IMG/VR virus record: IMGVR_UViG_3300035148_000194
Coordinates: 1 to 26,172 of that record
Length of the DNA stretch: 26,172 bases
Source: a virus
Taxonomy: Duplodnaviria; Caudoviricetes
Reading direction: 5' to 3' (one strand)
Shown: one piece after another, positions 7,536-17,600 of the stretch
Layout of the letters: each line of letters opens with the position of its first letter
How positions within the stretch are numbered: the first letter of the stretch is position 1
The notes under the pieces: generated by a model
What the model was told of the DNA's origin: nothing
Database searches by the model: none
Seen by the model: only the letters and a program-made list of their open reading frames with translations
Translations under genes and position numbers: made by a program

Positions 7536-10500
7536 TCAGGCAATCCTGCGCTTCCGAAGTTCGCGGGCCACACGCTTGGTCACCATGTCCGTGAGCCGCT
7601 CCTGTGACTCCTCGCTGTCGAGGTATCCTGCCACGTTGAAGGTGACGTTGACCACCTCGCTCCCGCCGAGGCCCCCACCCCGGTTCAAGGCCGCCAGGCC
7701 GCGCCCGCCGACGAGCCCCATGGCCCGGCGATTGAGCACGCCCTCGCCGGTCTGCAGGATGGCCGGGACCTCATCTCCGGCTAGTCCACCACTGTGGAAC
7801 CGTCGCACTCCGAGACGACCGATGACCCCGCCCGTGTGCACGTCGTAGTCGCCACCCCCACGAGACCCACCCTGCGGGTAGCCATCCGGGAAGGCCGCTG
7901 CCGCCTCCTCGCCAGCGCGACGAGCGGCATCACCGACCCCGACGAAGGCATTCCGGATGTCGCCGAGGATGTCCCGGATCTCGCTCAGGAGGTCCTTCAT
8001 GATGTCCCCAGCGGGACGGAAGGCATCGCCCACGAGGCCAGCGGCACGGGCCTGGTCGATGAGGCCCTGTGTCGTCTCATCGACCTTGTAGCCGAAGTCC
8101 TCCATCATCTGCCAGATGGTCTGCAGCTGCGGCTGCATGATGCGCCAGGCCTGCTCACCGCCCTTCCCCTGCAGTTCAAGGTTGCGGTAAACGTCGTACA
8201 CGCCGCGAGCGAGGCCCTCGAACATGTCCGAGGTCATCATGCCGCCGTTGTGGAGGTCGCGCATCAGCGTGCCGAGGTCGTCCACGGCATTGGTGGCCTT
8301 CTGGACGCCTTCATCGGCCGCGAAGGCGGCGAGGTCCGACAACTCCTGAAAGGCCTCGCTGCCAGTGATGCCCATCTCCTCCATGCGCGACCGCAGCGTG
8401 GCCACGGCAGGCTGGATCTCGGCCAGGGCCTCAGCCGTGGTCGCGCCATTGGCACGGAGGGCAGCGTAGATGGCCAGCGACGAGGCCGCCAGCGCGTTGA
8501 CCGTGGACTCGCTCTCGACTGTCACCGAGGACAGGTACGACGACATGGAGGCGGCTGCCGACGTCGCGTTCTCGGCCACGAAGGCGGCGATCTCCTTCGA
8601 CTCGGTGCCGAACCGCTTGTTGAGTTCGATGACCTCGAGGAAGGTCTTGCTGGCCAGCGCCCCTGACTTCCGCAGGTGCTCGGCGAAGGCGGGGAAGGCG
8701 GAGTCCAGGACCTTGGTTGCCTGCTCGGCCGAGAACTTGCCCGTCTCGACCATCACGAATACATCACGCAGGCGGTCGGTCAGCTTGGCCACGTTCTTGT
8801 TCGTGACGCCACCGGCCTCCGCGATGATCTTGTCGAGGCTGAAGATCTCGGCGGCCACCCGGTCCCCGCCGAACGTCTTGCGGAGCTTGTCGATCTCGCG
8901 GGCCAGCTTCTCGGAGATGTTGACGCCGAAGTCGTTGGCGATGCGCTTCATCTCCTGCTCGAAGCCTGGGTTGCGCAGGGCTCCGACCAGGGCCCCGACG
9001 CCCATGCCAATCAGCGCCCCGTAGGGTCCGAACATGGCCCCGGCCTGTGCTCCGGCCTTGGCCCCGGCCATGGCGCGGTTGCCGCGCCCAGCCACGTCTG
9101 TCGCTGACCACACGTTCATGCCGCCCGTGACCAGCCCAGCCCCTGCTGCACCGACGTTGCCCCAGTTGGTCGAGCCATCGGCGTTCTTGAGCGCACTCCC
9201 GATGCCCCAGGTGGCCTTGCTGAAGGTGCCGTCCGGGTTGGTGCGTCCGAACTCCTGCTGGGCCGTGGAGGCAATGCCGAACGTGCCCATGACCCCGGCG
9301 AGGTTCTTGAGGGCCGGGTTGCCGCTGGCGTCGGCAATCTGCGCGATGTAGGCGGCCACGTTGGCCAGCGCGTTGGCCCAGTTGGTCGTCGCCGAGGTCG
9401 CGGTCGTCGTCTGTCCGATGACATCGGCCACCATGACGGCGTAGGCGTCCCGAATGGTCTGCGCGTGGGCCTCCCAGTTGGCGTCCGACTTGTCGAGGGC
9501 CTCGATCTCGCGGTCACGCCGCTGCTCGAGCTGGTACGTCTCGAAGCGAGAGGCGCTCATGATGCGACGCATCTCGGTGTCTGTCGCGGCCTGCTGCGCG
9601 TCGGTGACCAGCTTCAGGTTGTCCTGCACGGCCTTGGTGACCAGCCCCACCCCGGCCTGCGCGGACTTGGCCATGTTGGCGAACAGCTTGTCGGCCTGCT
9701 CGCGCATGGTCGCATTGGCGTTGCGGAACAGGTCGCGGAACATCTCGGACTTCGAGACCATCTGCATCTGGGCCGCGAGGTCGGCCACCGCACTCGTGGC
9801 TCCCTTGAGGTCGACGCGCAGGAACTTCGCGTTCTCGGCCACCTTAAGAGCCGCCGCCCCGTACTCCTTCAGGATCTCGGTGCCCGTGGCCCCGCGCTTC
9901 CGTGCCTCCTCGATCTCCTTGGCGAGGTCAGCGGCCTTCTTCGACAGTTCCTGGACCTGCGTCTTGGTCTTGTCGGCCTTGTCGCCGAGGTTCTTGGTGT
10001 CCTCGGTCGTCTTGCGCTGCGAGACGCCCAACTCGACGGTCTTGCCGCGTGTCGCTTCCAGCGTCTTGGTGGCCGAGGCCAGTCCCTCGCGCCACTTACC
10101 AATGGTGGGGTTGCCCTCAAGCAGGACCTTGGTGTTGTCCTTGGCGGCCTGCCCGAAGTTGTGGGCCACCGAGGAGGCCAGGTCGTAGGTGCCCTGCAGG
10201 CGCGTGATGCTCTCGCTGAGCCCGCTCATGACGGTCGTGGCCCCAGGCACCGAGGCAATAGCCTGCAGCGTGGCCAACTGGAAGCCGAGGATGGCCTTGC
10301 TGACCTCGGCGAAGACCGCAATGGTGCCATTGATGGCGAGCTTCTGGAAGTTCCACGCCCGTACGGCCATGTCGATGACCATCAGGAGCGCGTCGAAGCC
10401 CTTGATGGCGTAGAGGATGGCATCGGTCACGAGCTTGAAGCCCAGGTCGTTCTGGGAGAGCGTCAGCATCAGGTCGGTCATCTTGTCGGCCACCATGCCG

Positions 10501-11321
10501 ATGACCTTCTGGACCGTGGCGTTCTCCGTGATGTATGCGCCGACGCTGGCCAGCAGCGTCTCGTAGGCATTGGTGGCCCGGTCCATGGCCCCGTTGTAGG
10601 TGTTCTGGGCCTTCTCCGAGGCCCCGGCGAACACGGCCCCGGCCTGCATGAAGCCGTTGTAGACGGCGAGCCTTGCCGCGCTGTTGCGCGTGAAGTCGCC
10701 CATCGTGGCCATGTTGATGCCGTTGCGCTTCAGGATCTGCGAGAGGTTCTCGCCCAGGCCGGAGCTGTCGGTGAGGGCCGAGTTCAGGAAGCGGATACCG
10801 TCGGTCGTGCGGAGCACCGCTTGGCCGACCGTGTACATACCCTGCGCCCCGTAGATGGCGCTGTCCTTGAAGGTCTTGATGAGATTGGTCGCCTGCTGGA
10901 GCCCGAACCCCGACTGCAGCAGGTTCTTGAGGGCCCCGGCCGCTTCGGTGGGCTTCATGAGCCCGTCGCGGGTCAGGTCGATCATGGCCTGCTTGGCCCC
11001 TTGGGCCGACACGCCCATGGCATTGGCCACTGTGACCAGACCGTTGACCGACTTCGTGTAGGAGGCCGACAACTCGATGGCCCGCCCCATCTCGCCGACG
11101 AGCAGGTTGAAGCCACTGACGACCACGCGGCTGATGATGTTGCCCATGGCCGTGCCTGCGGCCGTGGCCAGCGTCATGGCCTTGGTCATCTGGCCGACCC
11201 CACCTCCGGCCTCCTCGCCCGACTTCTTGGTGCGCTTGAGATGGTCATCGACCTCGGCGAGCTTCTTGACGGCCCCCTTGTCGTCCACGACGATCTCGAT
11301 GAACATCTGCCGGTCGGCCAT
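7536..11321 (-). CDS. Tail tape measure protein
   Basis: 1261 aa, Ala/Gly-rich and helical with hydrophobic Gly-rich stretches. C-terminal HTGG...FHSGG...DEVPAILQ.GE.VL motif. Follows the frameshifted chaperone pair. GAGGAG SD. Confidence 0.95.
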   Translation of the reverse strand: MADRQMFIEIVVDDKGAVKKLAEVDDHLKRTKKSGEEAGGGVGQMTKAMTLATAAGTAMGNIISRVVVSGFNLLVGEMGRAIELSASYTKSVNGLVTVANAMGVSAQGAKQAMIDLTRDGLMKPTEAAGALKNLLQSGFGLQQATNLIKTFKDSAIYGAQGMYTVGQAVLRTTDGIRFLNSALTDSSGLGENLSQILKRNGINMATMGDFTRNSAARLAVYNGFMQAGAVFAGASEKAQNTYNGAMDRATNAYETLLASVGAYITENATVQKVIGMVADKMTDLMLTLSQNDLGFKLVTDAILYAIKGFDALLMVIDMAVRAWNFQKLAINGTIAVFAEVSKAILGFQLATLQAIASVPGATTVMSGLSESITRLQGTYDLASSVAHNFGQAAKDNTKVLLEGNPTIGKWREGLASATKTLEATRGKTVELGVSQRKTTEDTKNLGDKADKTKTQVQELSKKAADLAKEIEEARKRGATGTEILKEYGAAALKVAENAKFLRVDLKGATSAVADLAAQMQMVSKSEMFRDLFRNANATMREQADKLFANMAKSAQAGVGLVTKAVQDNLKLVTDAQQAATDTEMRRIMSASRFETYQLEQRRDREIEALDKSDANWEAHAQTIRDAYAVMVADVIGQTTTATSATTNWANALANVAAYIAQIADASGNPALKNLAGVMGTFGIASTAQQEFGRTNPDGTFSKATWGIGSALKNADGSTNWGNVGAAGAGLVTGGMNVWSATDVAGRGNRAMAGAKAGAQAGAMFGPYGALIGMGVGALVGALRNPGFEQEMKRIANDFGVNISEKLAREIDKLRKTFGGDRVAAEIFSLDKIIAEAGGVTNKNVAKLTDRLRDVFVMVETGKFSAEQATKVLDSAFPAFAEHLRKSGALASKTFLEVIELNKRFGTESKEIAAFVAENATSAAASMSSYLSSVTVESESTVNALAASSLAIYAALRANGATTAEALAEIQPAVATLRSRMEEMGITGSEAFQELSDLAAFAADEGVQKATNAVDDLGTLMRDLHNGGMMTSDMFEGLARGVYDVYRNLELQGKGGEQAWRIMQPQLQTIWQMMEDFGYKVDETTQGLIDQARAAGLVGDAFRPAGDIMKDLLSEIRDILGDIRNAFVGVGDAARRAGEEAAAAFPDGYPQGGSRGGGDYDVHTGGVIGRLGVRRFHSGGLAGDEVPAILQTGEGVLNRRAMGLVGGRGLAALNRGGGLGGSEVVNVTFNVAGYLDSEESQERLTDMVTKRVARELRKRRIA

Positions 11322-11322
11322 G

Positions 11323-11676
11323 CTACTCCTCGCGCATGCGGGTCAGGTCATCGTCCGGGGGGTGACGGTGCTCGTGAATCGCGTCCAGCTTCTCCCACAA
11401 CGAGCGGGCCTCCAGGGGGGTCAACCGAAGGCGACACACGTCAAAGACCAGGGGCGTCAGCTTGAGGTCTCCCGTCACGCGTCGGCTCAGCATGTGGTAG
11501 ACCTCGAGGGCGATCTGGTCGGAGTCCGTCAGCGCAGCCCAGTGCTCCCGGTATGGGCAGGTCGCGCAGTCGTACTCGTCCTCGGCATACTCCTGCTCGG
11601 TGGCGCTCTCGGCCTTCAGGCAGCAGGAGCAGAGTCGCCCCTCCTCCTGCTCCCACTGCAGGAACGCCGCTAGCCT
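11323..11676 (-). CDS. Tail assembly chaperone GT extension (-1 frame, absent from the ORF track)
   Basis: Manual translation in the -1 frame after G-GGA-AAA gives RLAAFLQWEQEEGRLCSCCLKAESATEQEYAEDEYDCATCPYREHW...DDDLTRMREE*. It is open for ~117 codons and stops 1 nt before the tape measure ATG. Confidence 0.85.
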   Translation of the reverse strand, partial: RLAAFLQWEQEEGRLCSCCLKAESATEQEYAEDEYDCATCPYREHWAALTDSDQIALEVYHMLSRRVTGDLKLTPLVFDVCRLRLTPLEARSLWEKLDAIHEHRHPPDDDLTRMREE

Positions 11677-12104
11677 TTTCCCTCCTGCTTGGCGACCTCC
11701 ACGACCGTGACCGTCGCCTCCTCAGAATCCATGCGCAGCCCGGCTTCCTTGCCGATGCACATCCGGATGATCTCGGCCTTGACCCACTCGGGCAGCAACA
11801 GCTTGTAGGCGTCTGTGCAGGGGATCTCGGCGCGGGTGCGGGTCTTGGGATCGACCTTGTACATGCCGGTCCAGCCGACAATCGCGTACTTCAGGCAGGC
11901 GTCGATGTAGCCGTTCTGGTCCACGTCGATGATGCGCTGCCCCCGTCGCCATTCGGTCTTGGTGAAGGGCTTGCGCAGGTTCTCCTGGATGTCATCCGGG
12001 ACCTGCTGCAGCGTGAACACCGTGCCGTAGGCGGACGACGGGTTGTCGGGGTCTCTGGGGGACCAGTCGAAGGTGGCGCGTTCGTCAAGGATGGTGATGT
12101 ACAC
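11670..12104 (-). CDS. Tail assembly chaperone G
   Basis: Lies between the tail tube and tape measure genes. AIVGWTG motif. Probable GTG start at 12104 with GAGG upstream (ORF-track start 12185 is less likely). Confidence 0.85.
   Translation of the reverse strand: MYITILDERATFDWSPRDPDNPSSAYGTVFTLQQVPDDIQENLRKPFTKTEWRRGQRIIDVDQNGYIDACLKYAIVGWTGMYKVDPKTRTRAEIPCTDAYKLLLPEWVKAEIIRMCIGKEAGLRMDSEEATVTVVEVAKQEGKG
11676..11682 (-). promoter_or_regulatory. Programmed -1 ribosomal frameshift slippery site G GGA AAA
   Basis: X XXY YYZ heptamer in the correct phase, one codon before the TAG of the chaperone gene (GAG GGA AAA GGC TAG), as in lambda G/GT-type systems. Confidence 0.88.
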
Positions 12105-12265
12105 GGGTCGTGTGCCTCGGGGATTGGAGGGCCCGCTCGGTCGGGCCCCGTTGGGGGTCGGCCTGCGGTTCCGCGCAAGGAACACGCCGTACAGTGGCTA
12201 CGCCCCCTGTCGGGGGGCAGATGGGCGCAGCCGCTGGACTCGAACACCTAGTCGTCCGGGAAGGA

Positions 12266-13336
12266 CTAGGTGAGGAGATTCTGTGAGTTCGCGTTCACGA
12301 TTGTCAACCGGAACGGCAGCGTCAGGCCCGACATGCCAATCGGGGCCACGGCCGCCCGCTTGGCGCGGAAGGTCGCCTGCGGGCGCACCTGGTCGGCTCC
12401 GGTGACCGGCGCACGGAACGAGTACAGCTGCAGGTCCGGGAACTCGAACAGCATGGACCGCTGCGTGGTGCTGTTGATGTACGGCCCAACGAAGTACCAG
12501 TCGGCCTTGAAGTCCGTGTTGGCCTGGTAGGCGGTGGCCAGCGAGTTGGCCGAGACCGTGTTCATGCGAGCGAACGTCAGGTCGAGCGCGAACTCGGGGA
12601 AGCCGTTCTCCTCGGGCTCGATGATGTAGTCCTGGTTGAACACGAAGTCATCTTCGGCCATGGACCGCATCGTGTTGAACGTGATCTCGCGGACAATCGT
12701 CTGCTCGTCGGAGGCCGTCGTCAGCGAGTTGTTGGCCGCGACCACGTTCATGCGGAAGCGGCTGTTCTTGCGCAGGGCCCGGTTGCCCGTGCCTGCCGCA
12801 CGCGCCACGCTGAGCGTGGTGGCCGTGTTTCGGGCCGAGGTGTAGTTGGTCTTTGCGCCCGTGATGCCGAAGCTCATCATCATCCGGCCGTTCTCGCCGA
12901 CCCGGATGGTGTAGCCCTTGACCTTGGCCGAGGGGACTTCGAGCACGTACTGCCCGCCCATGTCCACAGCCAGCGTGATGAAGGACGTCAGTTCGGTGGC
13001 CAGCGTCACCGCATGCGAGTAGGCCACCAGCGAGTTCGCGGCCTGCGAGGACACGACTGCCGGGGCAGCGGCACTGCCCATGGCATGCGCGATCCAGGAG
13101 TCCACGTCCTCGAAGCGCATCTGCAGGGTGAGTTCTTGCGAGATCGGATTCTGGTCGCCCGTTTCAGCCGACCCCAGGAAGGTCTGGTTGAACGTCTCGT
13201 CGTCGATCATCGAGATGTTGGCGTCGAGTCCCGAGGTGTCGGTCAGGAGGATCTGCCGGGTGACGCTGTTGGCCGTCCCCCACGTCGTCCCCTTCACCCA
13301 CCCCGCGACGATTTCACGTCCAGTGACTCCCGGCAT
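12266..13336 (-). CDS. Major tail tube protein
   Basis: 356 aa. AGGAG SD. N-terminal TTWGT, AHAMGS, SFITLAVD..VLEVPSAKV..YTI..MSFGITG pattern of two-domain siphovirus tube proteins. Precedes the chaperones. Confidence 0.85.
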   Translation of the reverse strand: MPGVTGREIVAGWVKGTTWGTANSVTRQILLTDTSGLDANISMIDDETFNQTFLGSAETGDQNPISQELTLQMRFEDVDSWIAHAMGSAAAPAVVSSQAANSLVAYSHAVTLATELTSFITLAVDMGGQYVLEVPSAKVKGYTIRVGENGRMMMSFGITGAKTNYTSARNTATTLSVARAAGTGNRALRKNSRFRMNVVAANNSLTTASDEQTIVREITFNTMRSMAEDDFVFNQDYIIEPEENGFPEFALDLTFARMNTVSANSLATAYQANTDFKADWYFVGPYINSTTQRSMLFEFPDLQLYSFRAPVTGADQVRPQATFRAKRAAVAPIGMSGLTLPFRLTIVNANSQNLLT

Positions 13337-13345
13337 AGTTTGCTC

Positions 13346-13765
13346 CTACAGTTCGCGGTCGAAATCGACCCGTGCGTCTACGCGGGCCAGCACGTAGTCG
13401 TCGTCAGGCCCCGGCTCGGGCACCGACCATTCGGTGACCCACCCGTGATACACGCTTCCGTCGCCGTCTCGTGCGATGGCCGCGCACAGCGAGGAGCAGA
13501 GGGTTTGCAGGGCAGTCACGGCGCTGTAGGGGGTTCGGGCTGTCGTCCGCGCCAGCCACAGTGTAACACCGTGGATTTCGCCCTGCCGGTAGCCGAAATA
13601 CCCGTCCGTCTCCAGCAATTCCGACGTCAGGCAGTACGACGCATCCAGCCCCTGCTGCGGCTGCAACTCGAAGGAGAACGGCTCCAGGGCTGGTGTCAGC
13701 GCGAACGGCGGCGACACCAGCAGGCTGTTGATGGAGTCCAGGACCGTGACGATGCTCGTCGCCAC
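13346..13765 (-). CDS. Probable tail terminator / tail completion protein
   Basis: 139 aa, acidic, alpha/beta. Immediately upstream of the tube gene. GTG overlaps the upstream TAG. Call is mainly positional. Confidence 0.6.
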   Translation of the reverse strand: MATSIVTVLDSINSLLVSPPFALTPALEPFSFELQPQQGLDASYCLTSELLETDGYFGYRQGEIHGVTLWLARTTARTPYSAVTALQTLCSSLCAAIARDGDGSVYHGWVTEWSVPEPGPDDDYVLARVDARVDFDREL

Positions 13766-14628
13766 TACCCGCGCTCCCAGGTGTACAGGTTGTCGTCGAT
13801 GGTCACCGAGGAGGCTTCGGTCTCGGCCACTGCGCCCGTCTCGTCGATGTCGAACTCGTCGCGCAGGCTCGGCATCACGAGGTCCAGTTCCCGTTGCGCT
13901 CGCTCGAGGTAGAGCGTGGCCTTCTCATCCCACCGGCCCCGACTGTTGCCACTCCCCTCGGCGTACAGCAGGCCGAGGGCATGCAACGCGCACGGCAGCG
14001 TCAGGCGCGACTCCGCGATGGCCAGCCACTGCGAGACCAGCACGCTGTTGCTGGCCGGGGAGTTCAGGGACACCTTGACGTAGTACAGGAAGGCCCCGTC
14101 GCTGTTGACCTCTCGCGTCACCCAGTCGTCAGGCGGGGACCAGGTGACCCGTCCGGCCTGCGAGAAGGACAGGCTGTTGGTGGCCCCGCGTGTGCCGTCC
14201 ACGAGCGAGTTGAGCGTGGTCCACGTCCCGTTCCAGTACGACCAGGTGGCGACCCCGGCTGTCGTGTTGCCGGTGTCGCCCATGGCCACGAAGCAGCCCT
14301 TGAACGGCAGCGTCAGGCCGATGTAGATGGCATCGCTGCTGGTGCGCAGGATGCTGTTGACCTGCAGGCCGGTCGTGGCACGGTCACGGGTGGCGGCCGC
14401 CCGGTCGGTGGTGACCCCTGACGTGGTGCTGTAGGCGGCTGAGGGCTCGCGGCGGGTCAGGTGCAGGCGCGGGATGTACCCGGCCTGCTCGAGACGCGGA
14501 CGCAGCCACTGCGTCACGGCCACCTGCCGCTTGCGCCCCAGCGGGGAGGCTCCGAAGTCGCTGTCGGCCTGTACGTCAATCGCCAACAGGTCCTGGTCGG
14601 TCACCACGTCAGATGGGATGAGGCTCAC
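13765..14628 (-). CDS. Probable head-tail adaptor with an inserted beta-sandwich domain
   Basis: GTGA overlap with the upstream gene and GGAGG SD. N-terminal VTDQDL and C-terminal helical L..PCALHALGLLY...WDEKA.LY...FDIDETG.V...E...ERG are connector-like. A ~140-aa Trp/Thr-rich insert lies between them. Confidence 0.6.
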   Translation of the reverse strand: MSLIPSDVVTDQDLLAIDVQADSDFGASPLGRKRQVAVTQWLRPRLEQAGYIPRLHLTRREPSAAYSTTSGVTTDRAAATRDRATTGLQVNSILRTSSDAIYIGLTLPFKGCFVAMGDTGNTTAGVATWSYWNGTWTTLNSLVDGTRGATNSLSFSQAGRVTWSPPDDWVTREVNSDGAFLYYVKVSLNSPASNSVLVSQWLAIAESRLTLPCALHALGLLYAEGSGNSRGRWDEKATLYLERAQRELDLVMPSLRDEFDIDETGAVAETEASSVTIDDNLYTWERG

Positions 14629-17600
14629 GGCACCGTCTCCTCCAGCGCGGCCCACTCAATCACCGGGTCCACGCTGGTCGGGACAGGCACCAGCGGGTCC
14701 AGGTAACGGGCCACCTTCGCCGCAGTGATGGCCTTGATCTCGGCCACCGACCGCGCTCGGAACTTCTCAAGTCGGGGGGTGCCCTTGAGTGTGCCCTGTG
14801 CGGCCGAGAACGTCCAGCCCGATTCGAGCGTGCCCGGCAACAGGCCGAGCAACTGCTGGTAGTAGGGCCAGGCGAGGTCGTAGTAGCCATCGACCGGCTT
14901 GGACGAGAACTCGGCGTCCCACACCTGCAGGGCCTTGGACGCATACCGCTTGGACTGTGGCGTCAGCGCCTGCTCGCCCTCGCTGTGCATGGTGACCATG
15001 TGGACGGCATCGCGCAGGTAGAGCACGAAGTCCAGGCGACGACGCTCGGGGCTCTGCATCTGCTTGTTCAGTAGGGGCAGGTTCCGGCGCACCATCTTGT
15101 GCCGACGGATACCGAAGTCGATGTAGCCGAAGTGCGCGATCTTGGTCTGCGTCTGGTGCAGGGCCGGGACGATGGGTGCGTCGATTCCTTCCTCGGGCTG
15201 CTCGTGGATGGCCCCGTAGAACTTCACGCCCCGATTGGCGCGGAACAGGCGCAGCGGCTTGTCGAAGAAGTTCGGCTGGTCGATGCACAGGTGATGCTGC
15301 TCGACCGCATAGGCGTTGAGGACACCGGGGAACGTGGCCAGCGGGCGCAGGGCATGCCCGTCCATGAGGCGCTCGTCGATGTCGATCCAGAAGATCCACT
15401 CGGTGCCGAGGGCCTCGGCTTCGGCGACCGTGCGGTTGCGGGCCTCAGCGAAGTGGTTCGGCCAGGTATCGTGATGCGTCAGGCGCACCTTGCCGTGCAT
15501 GTCCACGAAACGCGCAATCTCCATGGCCGTTTCGCTGGGGTACTCCCCGCGAGCATCGGCCTTGGATGTCGGGTTGTTCTGGCTGTAGTCGTGGATGACG
15601 ATGGCATCGACCTGGTTGTAGAACGTGTCCAGGCAGGCGCGGACATGCTCGGGCGAGTCGCGCACGATGAGGCAGGCCGTGATGCGCTCGTAGGGCCGCT
15701 CGCGCAGGGCCGTGGCCAGATACCACTCGCGGCGGAAGGGCTCGGCAGGCTGGCCGCCCGGCCGGAAGGACATGATCCAGTAGCCCACGGGCGTCCCGTG
15801 CGGCGTGGACCCGATCTCGTAGAACGCGAAGGCCGGGTTGACCTTCGGGGCCAGCAGCATGCCGAGATCTTCGGCCATGAAGCTGTGAAGGTGCCCACGC
15901 TGGCGCGGCACATGGCGGTCCAGCAGCTCGGCGAACGGCCCACAGGGCACGGTCAGCACGATGAGCCCGTTCGGGGCGCAGTGGGCCTCCAGCGTGTTCA
16001 GCACGGCAGCCGGGTCGGCCGCATGCTCGAGGAACTCGCCGCAGAACACGATGTCGTACTGCCCCTGCAGGGTGTGCAGCCCACCATGCTCGAACGTGCA
16101 CCGAGGGCCAATGACCCCATCGGTCAGGCGGGCCTCATTGGCGAGGGCCAGCACGCCTTCACTGTAGTCCACCCCGTGCACCGAGACATCGAACTGCGAC
16201 ACGAGCCGCGACACGAGGTGCATGGCCATGGCCCCGTTGCCGCAGGCCATGTCCAGGATGCGGACGACCGGAGGGGCGGCCCCTTCGACCACGCGCTCCT
16301 GCAGGTGCTCCACGATGAGGTCGGCAGCCCGGTGCAGGCGCTGGTTGTACTTGGCCTCCTCCATCGCGTCCTGGATCGCGTACTTCGCGTAATGCTCGGC
16401 CGTCTGGGCACGCTGCGCGATCACGTCGTCGCACAGGGTGATGGCGTCCTTCCACTCGGCCACCGAGCCATCGACCAGCGGGAAGTCACGCACCGGGTTG
16501 ATGACATGCTCGGCGAACACCTTCGCGGCCACATGGTTATCCCAGTGGAGCAACTGCCGTAGGACGGCTGTGGGTCGGGCCTTCGCCCGACGCTCGAACA
16601 CCTCGTCGAAGTGCGAGACCCACTGCGCGGCGTAGGCCGCGAAGGAGCGATCCACGACGTTGGCCTTGCCCGCCTCGCGCATGGCCTGGTAGATCGACGG
16701 GTTGTCCTGCAGGCGAGCGATGGCCCCGAGGAAGGCCGTCTGGTAGTCCTCGCTGCGCCAGTCCCCCTTGATGAGGATGGCGGCCTCGGGGTGCAGCGTC
16801 TCGGGCAGGGCTCCGCGCCACGAGCCGATGAAGGGCGTGCCGCAGGCCTGCGCTTCCGTCGCGGCGACACAGTTGGTCTCGGCGAAGCCGTCCTGTGAGG
16901 TCGGGTACAGCATGGCCCAGGCCTCGCCGATGGCGGCATACAGGCTGGGCTTGGACAGTTCCCCGAGGAACGTGATGCCCCCGACGCGCTCGTTGAGGGC
17001 CTGCAGGCGCTCGTCGTAGGAGGCGACGACACGTCCCCACCCCCCGGCGTCGTACATGCTGCTGTAGCGGCACACGGCCAGCGTGGCCTCAGGGTAGGCG
17101 GCGCGAATCTTCGGCCACAGGGCGATGAGGCCGTCGATGCCGCGCTCGGGCCGCGAGACGTAGATGTAGTGGTGGCGGCGAGCCTTGGGCAGCGCGTACA
17201 CGTCCACCACGTCGCCACTGACCAACTGCCCCGCAGCCAACAGGTCACGGGGGTCGTAGCCGTTGCCGGTGACCCAGGCCAGCGGTCGCCAGGTCGGCTC
17301 GAGGTTGCACCACTGCTCACGGTGGAACTGCGAGACGAAGGCGATCTCGTCCAGTCGGTGCAGGAGGCCCTGCCCCTTCGCGTCCAGCATGAGGTCCTGC
17401 GCCCAGAGCATCTTCCAGCGCGACTGGTTCGGCAGCAGGAACACGCCAGGCATGCGGAGCGAGCAGAACACGTCGTAGCGGCGATGCTTCAGCGCATGCG
17501 GCAGCGACTCCTCGGCATCCAGCCACTGCACGCCGTTGTAGGTGCCAGGCTCGATCTCCATCTTGGTGGCGAACATGGAGACGGCATGCCCAGCCGCCGC

